DNA of 64,000 nt from the NCBI GenBank assembly GCA_034670305.1, contig JAXMNT010000038.1, positions 14,178 to 78,177 on the forward strand, given 5' to 3'. The position numbers and the translations under genes are program-made. This DNA is from Deltaproteobacteria bacterium. Lineage in GTDB: Bacteria; Myxococcota_A; Polyangia; Polyangiales; Houyiibacteriaceae. Of the stretch, positions 28,707 through 38,563 are shown one piece after another. The notes under the pieces were generated by a model. The model searched no databases, had not been told where the DNA came from, and saw only the letters and a program-made list of their open reading frames with translations. The stretch's first letter is position 1. Every line of letters starts with the position of its first letter.

Positions 28707-30461
28707 TAAAAAAAGCCACTGGAGGATGGTGATGCTCGTGGTGCAGACGATCAGCTGAAGCGGCAGGCCGAGTCGCAAGAAGTCCGTGTACCGGTAGCCG
28801 CCCGGTCCGTAGACCATCAGGTTCGCGGCGTAGCCGACGGGGGTGCTGAACGCGGTGGACGCGGCGACCATGATCATCAGTGTCATCGGCAAGAGCGCGA
28901 TGCCCTGCGCTTCGGCGACGCTCGCGGCGATCGGGAACATGAGCGCGGCGGAGGTCGCGGTGTACACGGTGCCGGCGAGCGCGGCGGTGAGCGCGTAGAG
29001 GGTCACCAGCAACGCGGTGCGCCCGTACGGTTCGACCAGCGCGACGACCTGACCGGCCACGACTTCGGCCGCGCCGCTCTCCGCCATCGCGTGACCCACG
29101 CCGAGCGCGCTGCCGACTGTGATCAACACGCGGATGTCGAGCGCGGCGCGCGCCTCTGCGCCGTCGAGACAGCGCAAGAGCAACATACACCCCGCGGCGG
29201 CGAGGCTGGCGGTGACGAGCGGCACCGCGCCCGCGGCGTTGACGGCAACCATCGCGACCAGGACCACGAACGCGACGCCGGCTTTCTCGTGTTTCGGCGG
29301 TGTGCTTCCTTCGACCTCGCTCACGAGCGCGAACGCGGGGTCGCCGCGGTGTTTGCGCGCGAAGGTCGGATGGGTTTCGAGCAAGAGGACATCGCCCGGC
29401 TCGAGTTCGATGTCGCCGATGCGGCCGACCACGTGGGTGCCGTGCCGGTGCACCGCGATGATGGCGGCGTTGTAGAGCGTGCGGAAGCGCGTGTCGCGCA
29501 CGCTCGATCCCACCAGCGCGCTCTGCGCGGCGACGACGGCTTCGACCCACCGGCGCTGTCCTTCGAGTTTGTCGACCTGGTCCGCTTCGGGGACCAGCCT
29601 CAGCCGCCGCAGATCCACCGCGGTCTCGACCGCACCAGTGAAGCGAAGGATGTCGCCTTCCCTCAGGTGCGTCTGCGGACCGACCGCGGGCAGCAGCTCA
29701 CCCTTGCGTTCGATGCCGCTGAGGAAGAGCCCCGGGAGGCGCCGCAGTCCGCTCGCTTCGATCGTCTCGCCGCCGACCGGCGAACCCTTCTCGACGCGCA
29801 TCCGGATCAAGTATTCGCGCGATGCTTCGTGCGAGGTGTCGACGCCGGTGCGGTCGCGCAGCAGCCAGCGGGACGCGACGACCACGTAGATCGTGCCGAG
29901 CACGAGCGCGGGCAGTCCGAGCCAGGTCACGTCGAACATGCCGAGTTGGAGGTTCGGGTCGACGGTGTGCGCGAGCCCCGAGACGACGAGGTTGGTGCTC
30001 GTCCCGATGAGTGTGCAGGTGCCGCCGAGGATCGCGGCGTAGCTCAGGGGCATCAGCAACATCGAGACGCTGATGCCGGTCTGCCTCGACCAGCGCTGCA
30101 GCAGCGGTACGAACATCGCCACCACCGGCGTGTTGTTGAGGAACGCGCTGAGCGCTCCGACCGGGACCATGACGCGCAGCTGGGCGCCGGCGATGTTGCG
30201 CGGGGTGCCGAGCACCCGGCGGGCCACGTAGTCGAGCGCGCCGGTCTGTTGCACGCCCGCGGCCACGACGAAGAGCGCGCCGATGGTCACGACGGCCGGG
30301 TTGGCGAAGCCCTGAAACGCTTCGGCCGGTTCGAGCACGCCCGTCGCCAAGAGCACGGTCAGGCCCGCGACCAAGACGAGGTCGGGTCCGGCGAGGCTGG
30401 CGACCATGGCCGCGACCATCGCCGCGACGACGCCGATCGTGACCCAACCGTCGGTGGTCAT
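28704..30461 (-). CDS. SLC13/CitMHS-type transporter with TrkA-C domains
   Basis: SAFLNNTPVVA, GGTCTLIGTSTNL, TPVGYAANLMVYGPGGY. Confidence 0.9.
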   Translation of the reverse strand: MTTDGWVTIGVVAAMVAAMVASLAGPDLVLVAGLTVLLATGVLEPAEAFQGFANPAVVTIGALFVVAAGVQQTGALDYVARRVLGTPRNIAGAQLRVMVPVGALSAFLNNTPVVAMFVPLLQRWSRQTGISVSMLLMPLSYAAILGGTCTLIGTSTNLVVSGLAHTVDPNLQLGMFDVTWLGLPALVLGTIYVVVASRWLLRDRTGVDTSHEASREYLIRMRVEKGSPVGGETIEASGLRRLPGLFLSGIERKGELLPAVGPQTHLREGDILRFTGAVETAVDLRRLRLVPEADQVDKLEGQRRWVEAVVAAQSALVGSSVRDTRFRTLYNAAIIAVHRHGTHVVGRIGDIELEPGDVLLLETHPTFARKHRGDPAFALVSEVEGSTPPKHEKAGVAFVVLVAMVAVNAAGAVPLVTASLAAAGCMLLLRCLDGAEARAALDIRVLITVGSALGVGHAMAESGAAEVVAGQVVALVEPYGRTALLVTLYALTAALAGTVYTATSAALMFPIAASVAEAQGIALLPMTLMIMVAASTAFSTPVGYAANLMVYGPGGYRYTDFLRLGLPLQLIVCTTSITILQWLFL

Positions 30462-30544
30462 CTCGCGGGGCTCATGACGCGGTGCTCACGCATCGGGTGG
30501 TCGGCCGCCCGGTGGAGGCACGCGGTGGGCGCGATCGAACACGC

Positions 30545-31531
30545 TCACTCCGGGATCTGGAAGAGCACGCTCGGTCCAGGCACGCCGTTCGGGAACGCCG
30601 CCCCCAAGAAGCTGACGATGCGCATCGTCGGGGTTTGGCTCTCGGCGGTGACGACCACGCCGCACGCGGTGGAGCCACACAGGGGGCGGAGGGTGCGGCC
30701 GACGGCGCCGTTCTCGGTGGTGGTGGACTGGAATCGCCAGGTGAACGCCGCGGTGGTCGCGGGTTCTTCCTCGACCTCTTCGGAACCGGGGGGCGGCGTG
30801 ATGCCTTCGAGCATCTCGACCGGCTGCGGGGTGGGCGCGGCCTCTTCGGCTCCGTGGCGGTGCAGCTCGATCTTCACGCCGTTGCCGCGGGCGAAGAGCG
30901 TGATCTGCATCTGGCCGCCCTCGGCCACGCTGCTCGATTTGAAGGCGCAGTCGACGTAGGGACCGTCGCGGCACTCGGTGTACATGTCCCCCCAGACGGG
31001 TTCGAGCTCGTCCCATTGCCGCTGGTAGGGCCCCTCGAAGCTGGCCCACTCTTCGGACTCTTCGCGAACGTCGTAGGCGCCGATCTTCAGGAAGCCGGTG
31101 TCGGTCGTCTGGCCGCGCCGAACCTCGATCCCAATCTCTCGGAGCCCCGCGGCCTTGAGGGTGGCGAGCACCAGCGCCATCGTGCGGTACGGGGTGTTCG
31201 CGTGCAGACGAAGCGCGGCGGAGCCACGCGCTGGGGCCGCTTCGATGGCGGTCACGAGCGATCGGATGCGCATGCCATCGACCTCCTCGTCCGGGATGCG
31301 GCCGCCCGTCAGCTCGAGCACGGTGTGTGCTTCGACCCGCATCTTGGACGGCGACACTTCGATGCGCAGGGGGCTCTGCGGACTCGAATCGTGCCGGAAG
31401 GAGATGGGCAACTCCATGATGCCGACGACGGGGTCCGGGGACTCTTCGGGCACCTCCGGCTCGTCGTCACATCCCGTAACGGAGAGCGAGAGCGAGAGGG
31501 CGACGGAGGCGAGGAGGAGGACGCTGCGCAT
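30545..31531 (-). CDS. Hypothetical lipoprotein with ExbD-like segment
   Basis: Lipobox VTGC; LRLHANTPYRTMALVLATLKAAG resembles the ExbD/TolR periplasmic motif. Confidence 0.6.
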   Translation of the reverse strand: MRSVLLLASVALSLSLSVTGCDDEPEVPEESPDPVVGIMELPISFRHDSSPQSPLRIEVSPSKMRVEAHTVLELTGGRIPDEEVDGMRIRSLVTAIEAAPARGSAALRLHANTPYRTMALVLATLKAAGLREIGIEVRRGQTTDTGFLKIGAYDVREESEEWASFEGPYQRQWDELEPVWGDMYTECRDGPYVDCAFKSSSVAEGGQMQITLFARGNGVKIELHRHGAEEAAPTPQPVEMLEGITPPPGSEEVEEEPATTAAFTWRFQSTTTENGAVGRTLRPLCGSTACGVVVTAESQTPTMRIVSFLGAAFPNGVPGPSVLFQIPE

Positions 31532-31587
31532 GGCGCCGGACGATACTCGAAATGCCCCCAGTGTTAAACGGGTGTCTCTCAGAGGTG

Positions 31588-33855
31588 TCAGGGGATGCAG
31601 CGACCGTCTGGGTCGCATGTCTCGCCTGGATCGCAGTCGCCGTCGTTCCGGCACTCGACCGGAATGCGGCATCGGTCGTCGACGCACACCTGCCCGGCCG
31701 GACAATCCGCGGACACCCGGCAGGTGGTCGCGGGCTCACAGAAGCCGAAGTTGCACACTTCGCCTTCGGCACAATCGACGTCACGGTCGCATTCGTCGGG
31801 CGGGATGAAGAAGCAGAAGCCGGCGAAGCAGCTCTGGCCCGGGGGGCACTCGTCGTCTTCGACGCAGCCGCCCTCGACCGTGCACTTGTTGTTGATGCAC
31901 ATCCGGCCGGGGCCACAGTCCATGTCCGTCCCGCAGAAGAGCCACGGGAAACACCGGTCGGCCACGCACTCCCAGCCGTAGTTGCAGTCTCCGTCGCCGC
32001 TGCACCCTTCTGGCTGGCAGTAGTTGGACTCGCAGACTTCACCGGCCGGACAGTCGTCGTCGCGCGCGCAGTCCGGGGTGATGAAACACGCCCCGAAGTC
32101 GGCGCAGGTCGTGCCCGGCGGACAGCCGGCGTCCGGGCTGCCAGGCGGCGCACAGAGCTGCAGCGCGACGCATTGATCGCCGAGACAGGTCCAGCTGATC
32201 GGACAGTCGGCCGAGGAGGCACAGGTGATCTCAGGCAGGCACGAGCGGGTCGAGACGCTGCAGAACGTGCCGGCGGGGCAGTCGGAGTTCTCGCGGCACG
32301 GTTCGTCCTGACACCGTCCGGTGACGCAGGTCTCGCCGCGCGCGCAGTCCGAGTCTGTGCGGCACTCGCCGACGAAGCGGCAGGAACCGAGCACGCATTC
32401 GAATTCGTCGTCGCAGTCGATGTCGCGCGTGCACTCGCCCACGAAGGCGCACATGCCGCCAAGGCACGCGAACCGGTCGGGGCAGTCTGCGTCGCGGGTG
32501 CACTCGCCGACGAAGATGCAACGGCCGGACTCGCACACGAGACCGCTGCCCATGCAGTCCGCGTCCGCCGAGCACTCCGGCGGAGGCACGCACACGCCGT
32601 CGTCGCAGATCTGCATGCCTTCGCAGGGCACTTCGGGGCAGGTGGGATCTGGATCCTGACAGAACCCGAAGTTGCACACCTGCCCGCCGGGACAGTCCGC
32701 GTCTCGATCGCACATCTCGTCGGGCAGCTGGATGCACGCACCCGAGATGCAGTAGGAGCGCGGGGTGCTGAACGGGCAGTCTGCGTCGGTGGTGCAGTCG
32801 GTGCCCACGCACATGCGCCCAATGCACCGCATGCCCGGCGCGGGACAGTCCGTGTCCATCTCGCAGAAGAAGCCGGGGAAACAGCGGTTGGCCACACACG
32901 ACCAGCCGCTCGCGCAATCGGCGTCGACGTCGCAGTCCGAGGGCTGGCAGAAGCCGAACTCGCAGATGAGCGCGCCCGGGCAGTCGTCGTCGCTCCGGCA
33001 CACGTCGTCGTCGACGCAGCGGAATCCGTCGCAGAGCTCCGGCGGTGGACAGTCCGCGTGTTCGCGGCAGCGACGAAGGGGCGAACATCGGTTGAAGAAG
33101 CAGTAGTCGCCGGCGGGACAGTCTCCGTCGGTGTCGCACTCGGTGGCGGGGATGCAGCGGCGGGCGAGCGCATCGCAGACCTCGTCGTCGTCGCAGTCCG
33201 CGTCGCGCACGCACCCCGTGGGCACACACCGCGCGGCCTCACAACGGAACCCAGCGGCGCACTCTCGGTCGCTGAGGCAGTCGCCGGTGAACACGCACCG
33301 CGCGGCCGTGCACTCGAACCCGACGCTGCACTCGGCGCTGGTCATACAGTCGCCCGTGAAGACGCAGGTCTCCGAGATGCACTCGAACCCTGCGCCGGCG
33401 CAGTCTCGGTCGCGGGTGCAGTCGGGCAGCGCGACGCACGCGCCATCGACGCAGTCGAAGCCGGGATCGCAATCGCTTCGGGTGGAACAATCGGGCCGCG
33501 GCACGCAGCGTTCGCGCACGCAATCGAACCCGGCCGGGCAGTCGACCGCGCGCACGCACTCGACCGGTGTCTCGCAGCGACCGCCGGTGCAGCGTTCGCC
33601 TGGCAAACAATCGATGTCGGTTCGGCATTCGATCGCGCTCACGCACAGCCCGCCCTCGCAGGCCCGGCCCGGGCCACACTCGGCATCGGTCGTGCACCCC
33701 GAGGGTGCGTCGTCGGTGGAACCGTCGACCGGGCGGGCATCGCGCGCGGCGTCGATGGGCCCTCCGTCGGGCACGAAGTCGTCGACGAGGACCGAACGTC
33801 CACAGCCGAGGACGGAAAACACGAGCCCGAACACACCCATCCACCGGAAGACCAT
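31588..33855 (-). CDS. Large Cys-rich repeat lipoprotein (CxxDxDCxxGxxCxxxxC repeats)
   Basis: Lipobox VLGC followed by dozens of ~20-aa four-Cys modules. Confidence 0.85.
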   Translation of the reverse strand: MVFRWMGVFGLVFSVLGCGRSVLVDDFVPDGGPIDAARDARPVDGSTDDAPSGCTTDAECGPGRACEGGLCVSAIECRTDIDCLPGERCTGGRCETPVECVRAVDCPAGFDCVRERCVPRPDCSTRSDCDPGFDCVDGACVALPDCTRDRDCAGAGFECISETCVFTGDCMTSAECSVGFECTAARCVFTGDCLSDRECAAGFRCEAARCVPTGCVRDADCDDDEVCDALARRCIPATECDTDGDCPAGDYCFFNRCSPLRRCREHADCPPPELCDGFRCVDDDVCRSDDDCPGALICEFGFCQPSDCDVDADCASGWSCVANRCFPGFFCEMDTDCPAPGMRCIGRMCVGTDCTTDADCPFSTPRSYCISGACIQLPDEMCDRDADCPGGQVCNFGFCQDPDPTCPEVPCEGMQICDDGVCVPPPECSADADCMGSGLVCESGRCIFVGECTRDADCPDRFACLGGMCAFVGECTRDIDCDDEFECVLGSCRFVGECRTDSDCARGETCVTGRCQDEPCRENSDCPAGTFCSVSTRSCLPEITCASSADCPISWTCLGDQCVALQLCAPPGSPDAGCPPGTTCADFGACFITPDCARDDDCPAGEVCESNYCQPEGCSGDGDCNYGWECVADRCFPWLFCGTDMDCGPGRMCINNKCTVEGGCVEDDECPPGQSCFAGFCFFIPPDECDRDVDCAEGEVCNFGFCEPATTCRVSADCPAGQVCVDDRCRIPVECRNDGDCDPGETCDPDGRCIP

Positions 33856-33984
33856 AGGAGGAGTCTAAACCGAGGCCGCGAGGGCTGCGAGGTTGTCCGG
33901 CGGTGGGAATGGACCCAATCCCCCGTCATGGGTCATTCCACCAAAAGTTTCCGGAAGGGAGCAGCTGATCTACGCTCCCTCACG

Positions 33985-34314
33985 ATGAAAAAGTCCAAGA
34001 TGAGTCGGCGCGTGTTTCTGGTTCGTGGCGCAGGCGCGACCGCTGCGGTGGGCGCGGGTCTGCTGACCCTCGGCGCCGGCTGTGGCGGCAGCGAGGGGCC
34101 CAACTGTCAGGACGTGACCGCCCTCACCGATGCCGAGCGCAGCGCCCGCGTGAACCTCGGTTACGTCGAGGTCTCTCCGCACGCCGCGGCGAAGAACTGC
34201 ACGAACTGCAACTTCTTCACCGCCGGGGCGGCGAACGCCTGCGGGACCTGCACGCTGGTGAAGGGACCGATCAACCCAGCGGGCTACTGCAACAGCTGGG
34301 CGATCAAGGCCTAG
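33985..34314 (+). CDS. High-potential iron-sulfur protein (HiPIP), Tat-exported
   Basis: SRRVFL Tat signal; CTNCNFF...C...INPAGYCNSW. Confidence 0.9.
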   Translation: MKKSKMSRRVFLVRGAGATAAVGAGLLTLGAGCGGSEGPNCQDVTALTDAERSARVNLGYVEVSPHAAAKNCTNCNFFTAGAANACGTCTLVKGPINPAGYCNSWAIKA

Positions 34315-34952
34315 GCCCGCCGCAGGCTCTCGAGCGTCGAAGACGAGATCGCGCGTGGCCGTTCGGAGTCGTGCGCGGGAAGGACCGGCGCGCTGCTGGG
34401 CGGAATCGAACCGCGCACCGATCGACGCATGAGCCCAGCGTGCACGTCGTGCACCGTGAGCCGCTGCCGGATCCAGGTGGCCAGCGCGCTCGCGTCCGTG
34501 GCCGCGCGGGTCGCGTGGCGCACCGACTCCGCGGCGTGCCCGCGTTCCGCGTAGTACCCGAGGGCGGCTTCTGCGTCGCACGCGAATGCGACCGAAGCGC
34601 AGGCGCGCTCCAAATGCGTGGGGCTCTCGGTGCGGCTGGCTCTGAATCCGGATGCCCAGCACTCGCGGGCGGTCGACGCACCACGGGACCACTGCTTGGC
34701 GAGCCTCCACGCGTCGGGGCCGGCTCCCTCGCCCAGTGAGCCACCTGCATGGCGCGCGACGTCTTCGATGAGATCGCAGGCCAGGGCGACCAAACTCTCG
34801 CGCGGGTGGCCGGCCGAAGTGGCGAGCTGGACCAGCCAGTCGGCGCGTGGGCAGGACCGCCATGCCCGATCCAGGGAGCCGGCGTCGCGCAGGAACTGAG
34901 CGAGCGGTTCGTCCGGGATCAAGGAAGCGAAGTCTTCGTCGAGGTGGATCAT
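34311..34952 (-). CDS. Hypothetical protein
   Basis: Gene-like ORF with WRSCPRADWL motif. Confidence 0.55.
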   Translation of the reverse strand: MIHLDEDFASLIPDEPLAQFLRDAGSLDRAWRSCPRADWLVQLATSAGHPRESLVALACDLIEDVARHAGGSLGEGAGPDAWRLAKQWSRGASTARECWASGFRASRTESPTHLERACASVAFACDAEAALGYYAERGHAAESVRHATRAATDASALATWIRQRLTVHDVHAGLMRRSVRGSIPPSSAPVLPAHDSERPRAISSSTLESLRRA

Positions 34953-35099
34953 GGAACTCCTGGCCAAGGCTCCTGACAGTGCAACGATCGTGCACTGAAA
35001 AAGTTCAATCATTCTGCCGAACTGTTGGGGGCGCGCCCCCGCGCATGCCCCGTTCTTGGGGGCTGCAGCCCACATGGCCAGGGGTGGATCCCACACCCA

Positions 35100-36269
35100 T
35101 CACTGCGATTCCCGCAGGACCGGTGCCAGCGCATCCAGGGCTTCTTCGAGGGCGTCCAGCGGCAAACTGGTGAAACAGAGCCGGACCCAACGGGCGTAGG
35201 ACGCGCCGCAGGCCGCACCCGGCGTGAGCAGCACACCGTGGTCGAGGGCGCGCTCCAGGAAGGGCAGCGCATCGGTCTCGCCTTCCCGCAGGTGCGGGGT
35301 CGCGTCGAAAAAGAGGAACGTACCCCCGGGCGGCACCGGTTCGCCGAGCCGTTCTGCGGCCAGTCGCGCGGCGGCTCCGAACTGGTCGCGGCGGCGGGCG
35401 AGGAACGCGTCGCCATGCTTGATCGCGGCCGCCACGCCGTGCTGCATCGGGCGCGGGGCGCAGTAGTTGAGGAACGTCTGACACCCGCGGACCGCTTGCA
35501 TCGCCGCTTCACAGCCATGCGCCCACCCCACCCGCGCGCCTGCGAGACCGTACGTCTTGGAGGATGTGTGGCAGGCGACGTAGCGATCCTGCACATCGTC
35601 GCGGGTCCAGATCGGGCGGGGCGCGTCACCGAAGTAGATCTTCTCGTAGGCCTCGTCGCAGACGATCCAGAGGTCGTGCGCGACCGCGACCTGAACCGCT
35701 TGTTCGACCTGCGCGTCGGACCACATCGCGCCGGTCGGGTTGTGCGGCGAGTTGAGGTAGAGCGCGACGGTGCGCGGGGTGATCGCGGCTTCGAGCGCCG
35801 CCCGCAGATCGGTGGGGGCAAGGTGCGCGAGTCCGTCGACCTCGACCGGCACCGCCCCGCGGCTCGCGATGATGCCGCGGATCAGCGGCCAATACGGTGC
35901 GGGGAGAAGTACTTCGTCGCCGGGATCGAGCAGCGCGCGGCTGATCACCATCAGACCACTCGTGGCACCACTGACGATCTGGATGCGATCGCGGGGGACG
36001 TCCCGGTGGGCGGACAGCTGCGCTTGCACCGCGTCGAGCAACACCGGCTCCCCCTGAACCGGTGCGTACTGATGCACGAGCGGCAGCGCAGCGCTCCGCT
36101 GAGATTCCGCGCGGGCGACCTCGAGCGGCTCCTCCCATGTGTCGCCGACATGCAGCGGGTGCACGACTTCTCCGCGGGCGCGCTTCTCCGCGGCCCGGGC
36201 GGCGAGCCCACTGAATACTCGAGACGACAGGGTGGCGGTGGACGCCGCCACGGAGGGATGTCGAGGCAT
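35100..36269 (-). CDS. PLP-dependent aminotransferase class I/II
   Basis: LNSPHNPTG, CDEAYE, SSKTYGLAGARVG. Confidence 0.92.
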   Translation of the reverse strand: MPRHPSVAASTATLSSRVFSGLAARAAEKRARGEVVHPLHVGDTWEEPLEVARAESQRSAALPLVHQYAPVQGEPVLLDAVQAQLSAHRDVPRDRIQIVSGATSGLMVISRALLDPGDEVLLPAPYWPLIRGIIASRGAVPVEVDGLAHLAPTDLRAALEAAITPRTVALYLNSPHNPTGAMWSDAQVEQAVQVAVAHDLWIVCDEAYEKIYFGDAPRPIWTRDDVQDRYVACHTSSKTYGLAGARVGWAHGCEAAMQAVRGCQTFLNYCAPRPMQHGVAAAIKHGDAFLARRRDQFGAAARLAAERLGEPVPPGGTFLFFDATPHLREGETDALPFLERALDHGVLLTPGAACGASYARWVRLCFTSLPLDALEEALDALAPVLRESQ

Positions 36270-36331
36270 GCGCCAGACGTGCCGCAATCCATGCCCGACT
36301 TCAAGCACGCCCGACGCGGCTGGGAGGGGGG

Positions 36332-36871
36332 CTAGACCAGTTCGAAGTCGCCGGTGAGGGAGTCGGCGATCTGTCCACCGTCGAGCAGCCACGGGAGCTT
36401 CGGGGCATGGCGGCGCGGCACCCGAACGACCACGGGTCGCTCGTAGGTTCGAAATACGAAGTCCCACAGCGGCGAGGTCACGCCGTGGTTCATGAAAGGC
36501 CGCGTGAAGTGGTGGTGAAAATGGTGGCGGCGGGCCCAGCGGCCGTAGAACGTGCGCGGCGCGTGCACATGCAGGTCCCGGTGGACGAACTCGTACGTGC
36601 GCCAGCCGGCGGCAAACCCCCCGACGAAGCAGCCTGCGGCCCCCATGCCGAAAATGGGGGCCGTGATCAGAAACAGCGCGCTCAGCACGGGCACCGCGAG
36701 CAGCAACTTCTTGGTCCACGGGGTGAAGTAGTCGGGTTTGGAGTGATGGCGCAGGTGCTCGCGTGAGCCTTCCGTGCGCCCTTTGGGTTTGTGGCCTCCC
36801 CAGGCGTGGAGCGCGTACTCCGCGAACGTCCAGAAGAAGAACCCGACCAGCGCTGCGACGACGTATTCCAT
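36332..36871 (-). CDS. Fatty acid hydroxylase / sterol desaturase family protein
   Basis: His boxes HAWGGH, HLRHH, HRDLH, HHFHHH; NHGVTSPLWDFVF. Confidence 0.85.
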   Translation of the reverse strand: MEYVVAALVGFFFWTFAEYALHAWGGHKPKGRTEGSREHLRHHSKPDYFTPWTKKLLLAVPVLSALFLITAPIFGMGAAGCFVGGFAAGWRTYEFVHRDLHVHAPRTFYGRWARRHHFHHHFTRPFMNHGVTSPLWDFVFRTYERPVVVRVPRRHAPKLPWLLDGGQIADSLTGDFELV

Positions 36872-36874
36872 AAT

Positions 36875-36889
36875 GTGAACCCCGTTCAC
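36875..36889. promoter_or_regulatory. Palindromic operator candidate at the hydroxylase start
   Basis: GTGAAC-CCC-GTTCAC, 3 nt from the ATG. Confidence 0.5.
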
Positions 36890-37104
36890 TTTTTGACATG
36901 GGTCGAGGGCGCTGTCCAGTGCGGAAGACCACCAAAGTGCGGAACACGTTGCGCGAAACGAAGTTGGGGGGAGGCCGGAGGGGCTTTGCCCCGCGGGCCG
37001 GAGGGGATGCGCCCATCCCCCGAACAGGGTCCGTCAAGAGCAACTGGCCGATGGCGGCGGTTTCCTCAAACGGGGGAGGGCGGCTCCCTGCTAGTCTCCG
37101 CGCC

Positions 37105-37812
37105 ATGTCTGAACTGGTTCGGATCGACGTGGTCGATTCCGTAGCGACCCTCACGATGGACGACGGCAAAGCCAACGCGTTGTCCCACGACATGTTGACT
37201 GCCCTCGCCTCTGCGCTCGAGAAAGCGCGGACCGAGGCCAAGGCGGTGGTGTTGACCGGTCGGGATGGGCGCTTCTGCGCCGGGTTCGATCTCAAGGTGA
37301 TGATGGCCGGGCCCGCGGCCGCCATCGCCCTCACCTCGGCCGGGTGCGACGTCCTCATGAGGCTCTACGAACACCCTCAACCGGTGGTCGCCGCGTGCAC
37401 CGGACATGCGATGGCCGGTGGCGCGCTCCTGCTGCTCTGTTGCGACACCCGCATCGGCATCGAGGGTGACTTTCGCATCGGGCTCAACGAGGTCGCGATC
37501 GGCATGCCGCTCCCGGTGTTCGCCAGCGAGCTCGCCCGCGAACGACTTCGCCGCAACGCCTTCTTGCGCGCGACGCTTCAGGGACACGTGCACAGTCCGA
37601 GCGAAGCGGCCGATGTAGGATTCCTCGACCGGGTCGTCGCGCCCGGCGAGCTCCTCGAGACCGCGCGAAGCGAGGCGCTGGCGCTGGCGAAGCTTCCGGT
37701 CAAGGCGTACGCCAGCACCAAACGAAGCCTGCGGGAGCCCCTGATCGCCCACGTGCGCGCCACCTACGAAGACGACGTACGCCGGGTCATGTCGGTCATG
37801 ACCGAGTCGTAG
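37105..37812 (+). CDS. Enoyl-CoA hydratase/isomerase (crotonase) family protein
   Basis: DDGKANAL, FCAGFDL, GHAMAGG, GLNEVAIG. Confidence 0.9.
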   Translation: MSELVRIDVVDSVATLTMDDGKANALSHDMLTALASALEKARTEAKAVVLTGRDGRFCAGFDLKVMMAGPAAAIALTSAGCDVLMRLYEHPQPVVAACTGHAMAGGALLLLCCDTRIGIEGDFRIGLNEVAIGMPLPVFASELARERLRRNAFLRATLQGHVHSPSEAADVGFLDRVVAPGELLETARSEALALAKLPVKAYASTKRSLREPLIAHVRATYEDDVRRVMSVMTES

Positions 37813-37828
37813 AAGAAGAGGAACATCG

Positions 37829-38467
37829 ATGGCACAAGACACGCCCGCCCCGCCGGCCTCGGAGAGTTGCCCAGGTACCGGATCCCTCCACGCCACCATC
37901 GTCACGAGCATGGGCGAGTTGCACGCGGCGCTCTACGAAGCGTCGGTGCCGCGCACGGTCGCCAACTTCGTCGCGCTCGCGATGGGCACCGTCGAATGGA
38001 CGCCGCCCGCGGCCGCACCGAGCTTTGGTGATCTCTCGAGTGCGAAGAAGGGGTGGACCGGCGGTGGCGCCGCCACGGTCGACGGTCCTGAAAAAGTACG
38101 TCGGCCGCTCTACAGCGGCACGATCATCCACCGGGTGATCCCCGAGTTCATGATCCAGCTCGGGTGTCCGAAGGGCAACGGCACCGGCAACCCCGGCTGG
38201 AAGTTCGCGGACGAGTTCGTCCGCTCACTGCGGCACGACGCGCCGGGCACCTTGTCGATGGCCAACTCGGGTCCGAACTCCAACGGCTCGCAGTTCTTCG
38301 TGACCGAGGTGCCGACGCCGCACCTGGACGACAAACACACCGTGTTCGGTCGCGTGACGGCAGAGAGCGTCGAACTCGTGAAGAAGATCGCCCGGGTTCC
38401 GACCGCGGCTCGCGACCGGCCGAAGACCGACATCGTGCTCGAGGAGATTCGCATCTTCCGAAAGTGA
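37829..38467 (+). CDS. Cyclophilin-type peptidyl-prolyl isomerase
   Basis: HRVIPEFMIQ, SMANSGPNSNGSQFF, HLDDKHTVFG. Confidence 0.95.
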   Translation: MAQDTPAPPASESCPGTGSLHATIVTSMGELHAALYEASVPRTVANFVALAMGTVEWTPPAAAPSFGDLSSAKKGWTGGGAATVDGPEKVRRPLYSGTIIHRVIPEFMIQLGCPKGNGTGNPGWKFADEFVRSLRHDAPGTLSMANSGPNSNGSQFFVTEVPTPHLDDKHTVFGRVTAESVELVKKIARVPTAARDRPKTDIVLEEIRIFRK

Positions 38468-38526
38468 GGATCGTGCCTGCCCGCCAGTCTCGCGAAAGCC
38501 ACGCTCAGCCTTGGCGAGAGGCCGCC

Positions 38527-38557
38527 AGTCTCGCGGAGCGAGCCCGGCCTGTGGTGC
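38527..38557 (+). repeat. Dispersed REP-like repeat, copy 3 (partial extra copy at ~38483)
   Basis: AGTCTCGCGGAGCGAGCCCGGCCTGTGGTGC. Confidence 0.7.
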
Positions 38558-38563
38558 AGCGAA

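Noticed and set aside
36900-37100. Riboswitch or ncRNA between the hydroxylase and crotonase genes
   Set aside because: Only short GC-rich hairpins; no recognisable aptamer consensus
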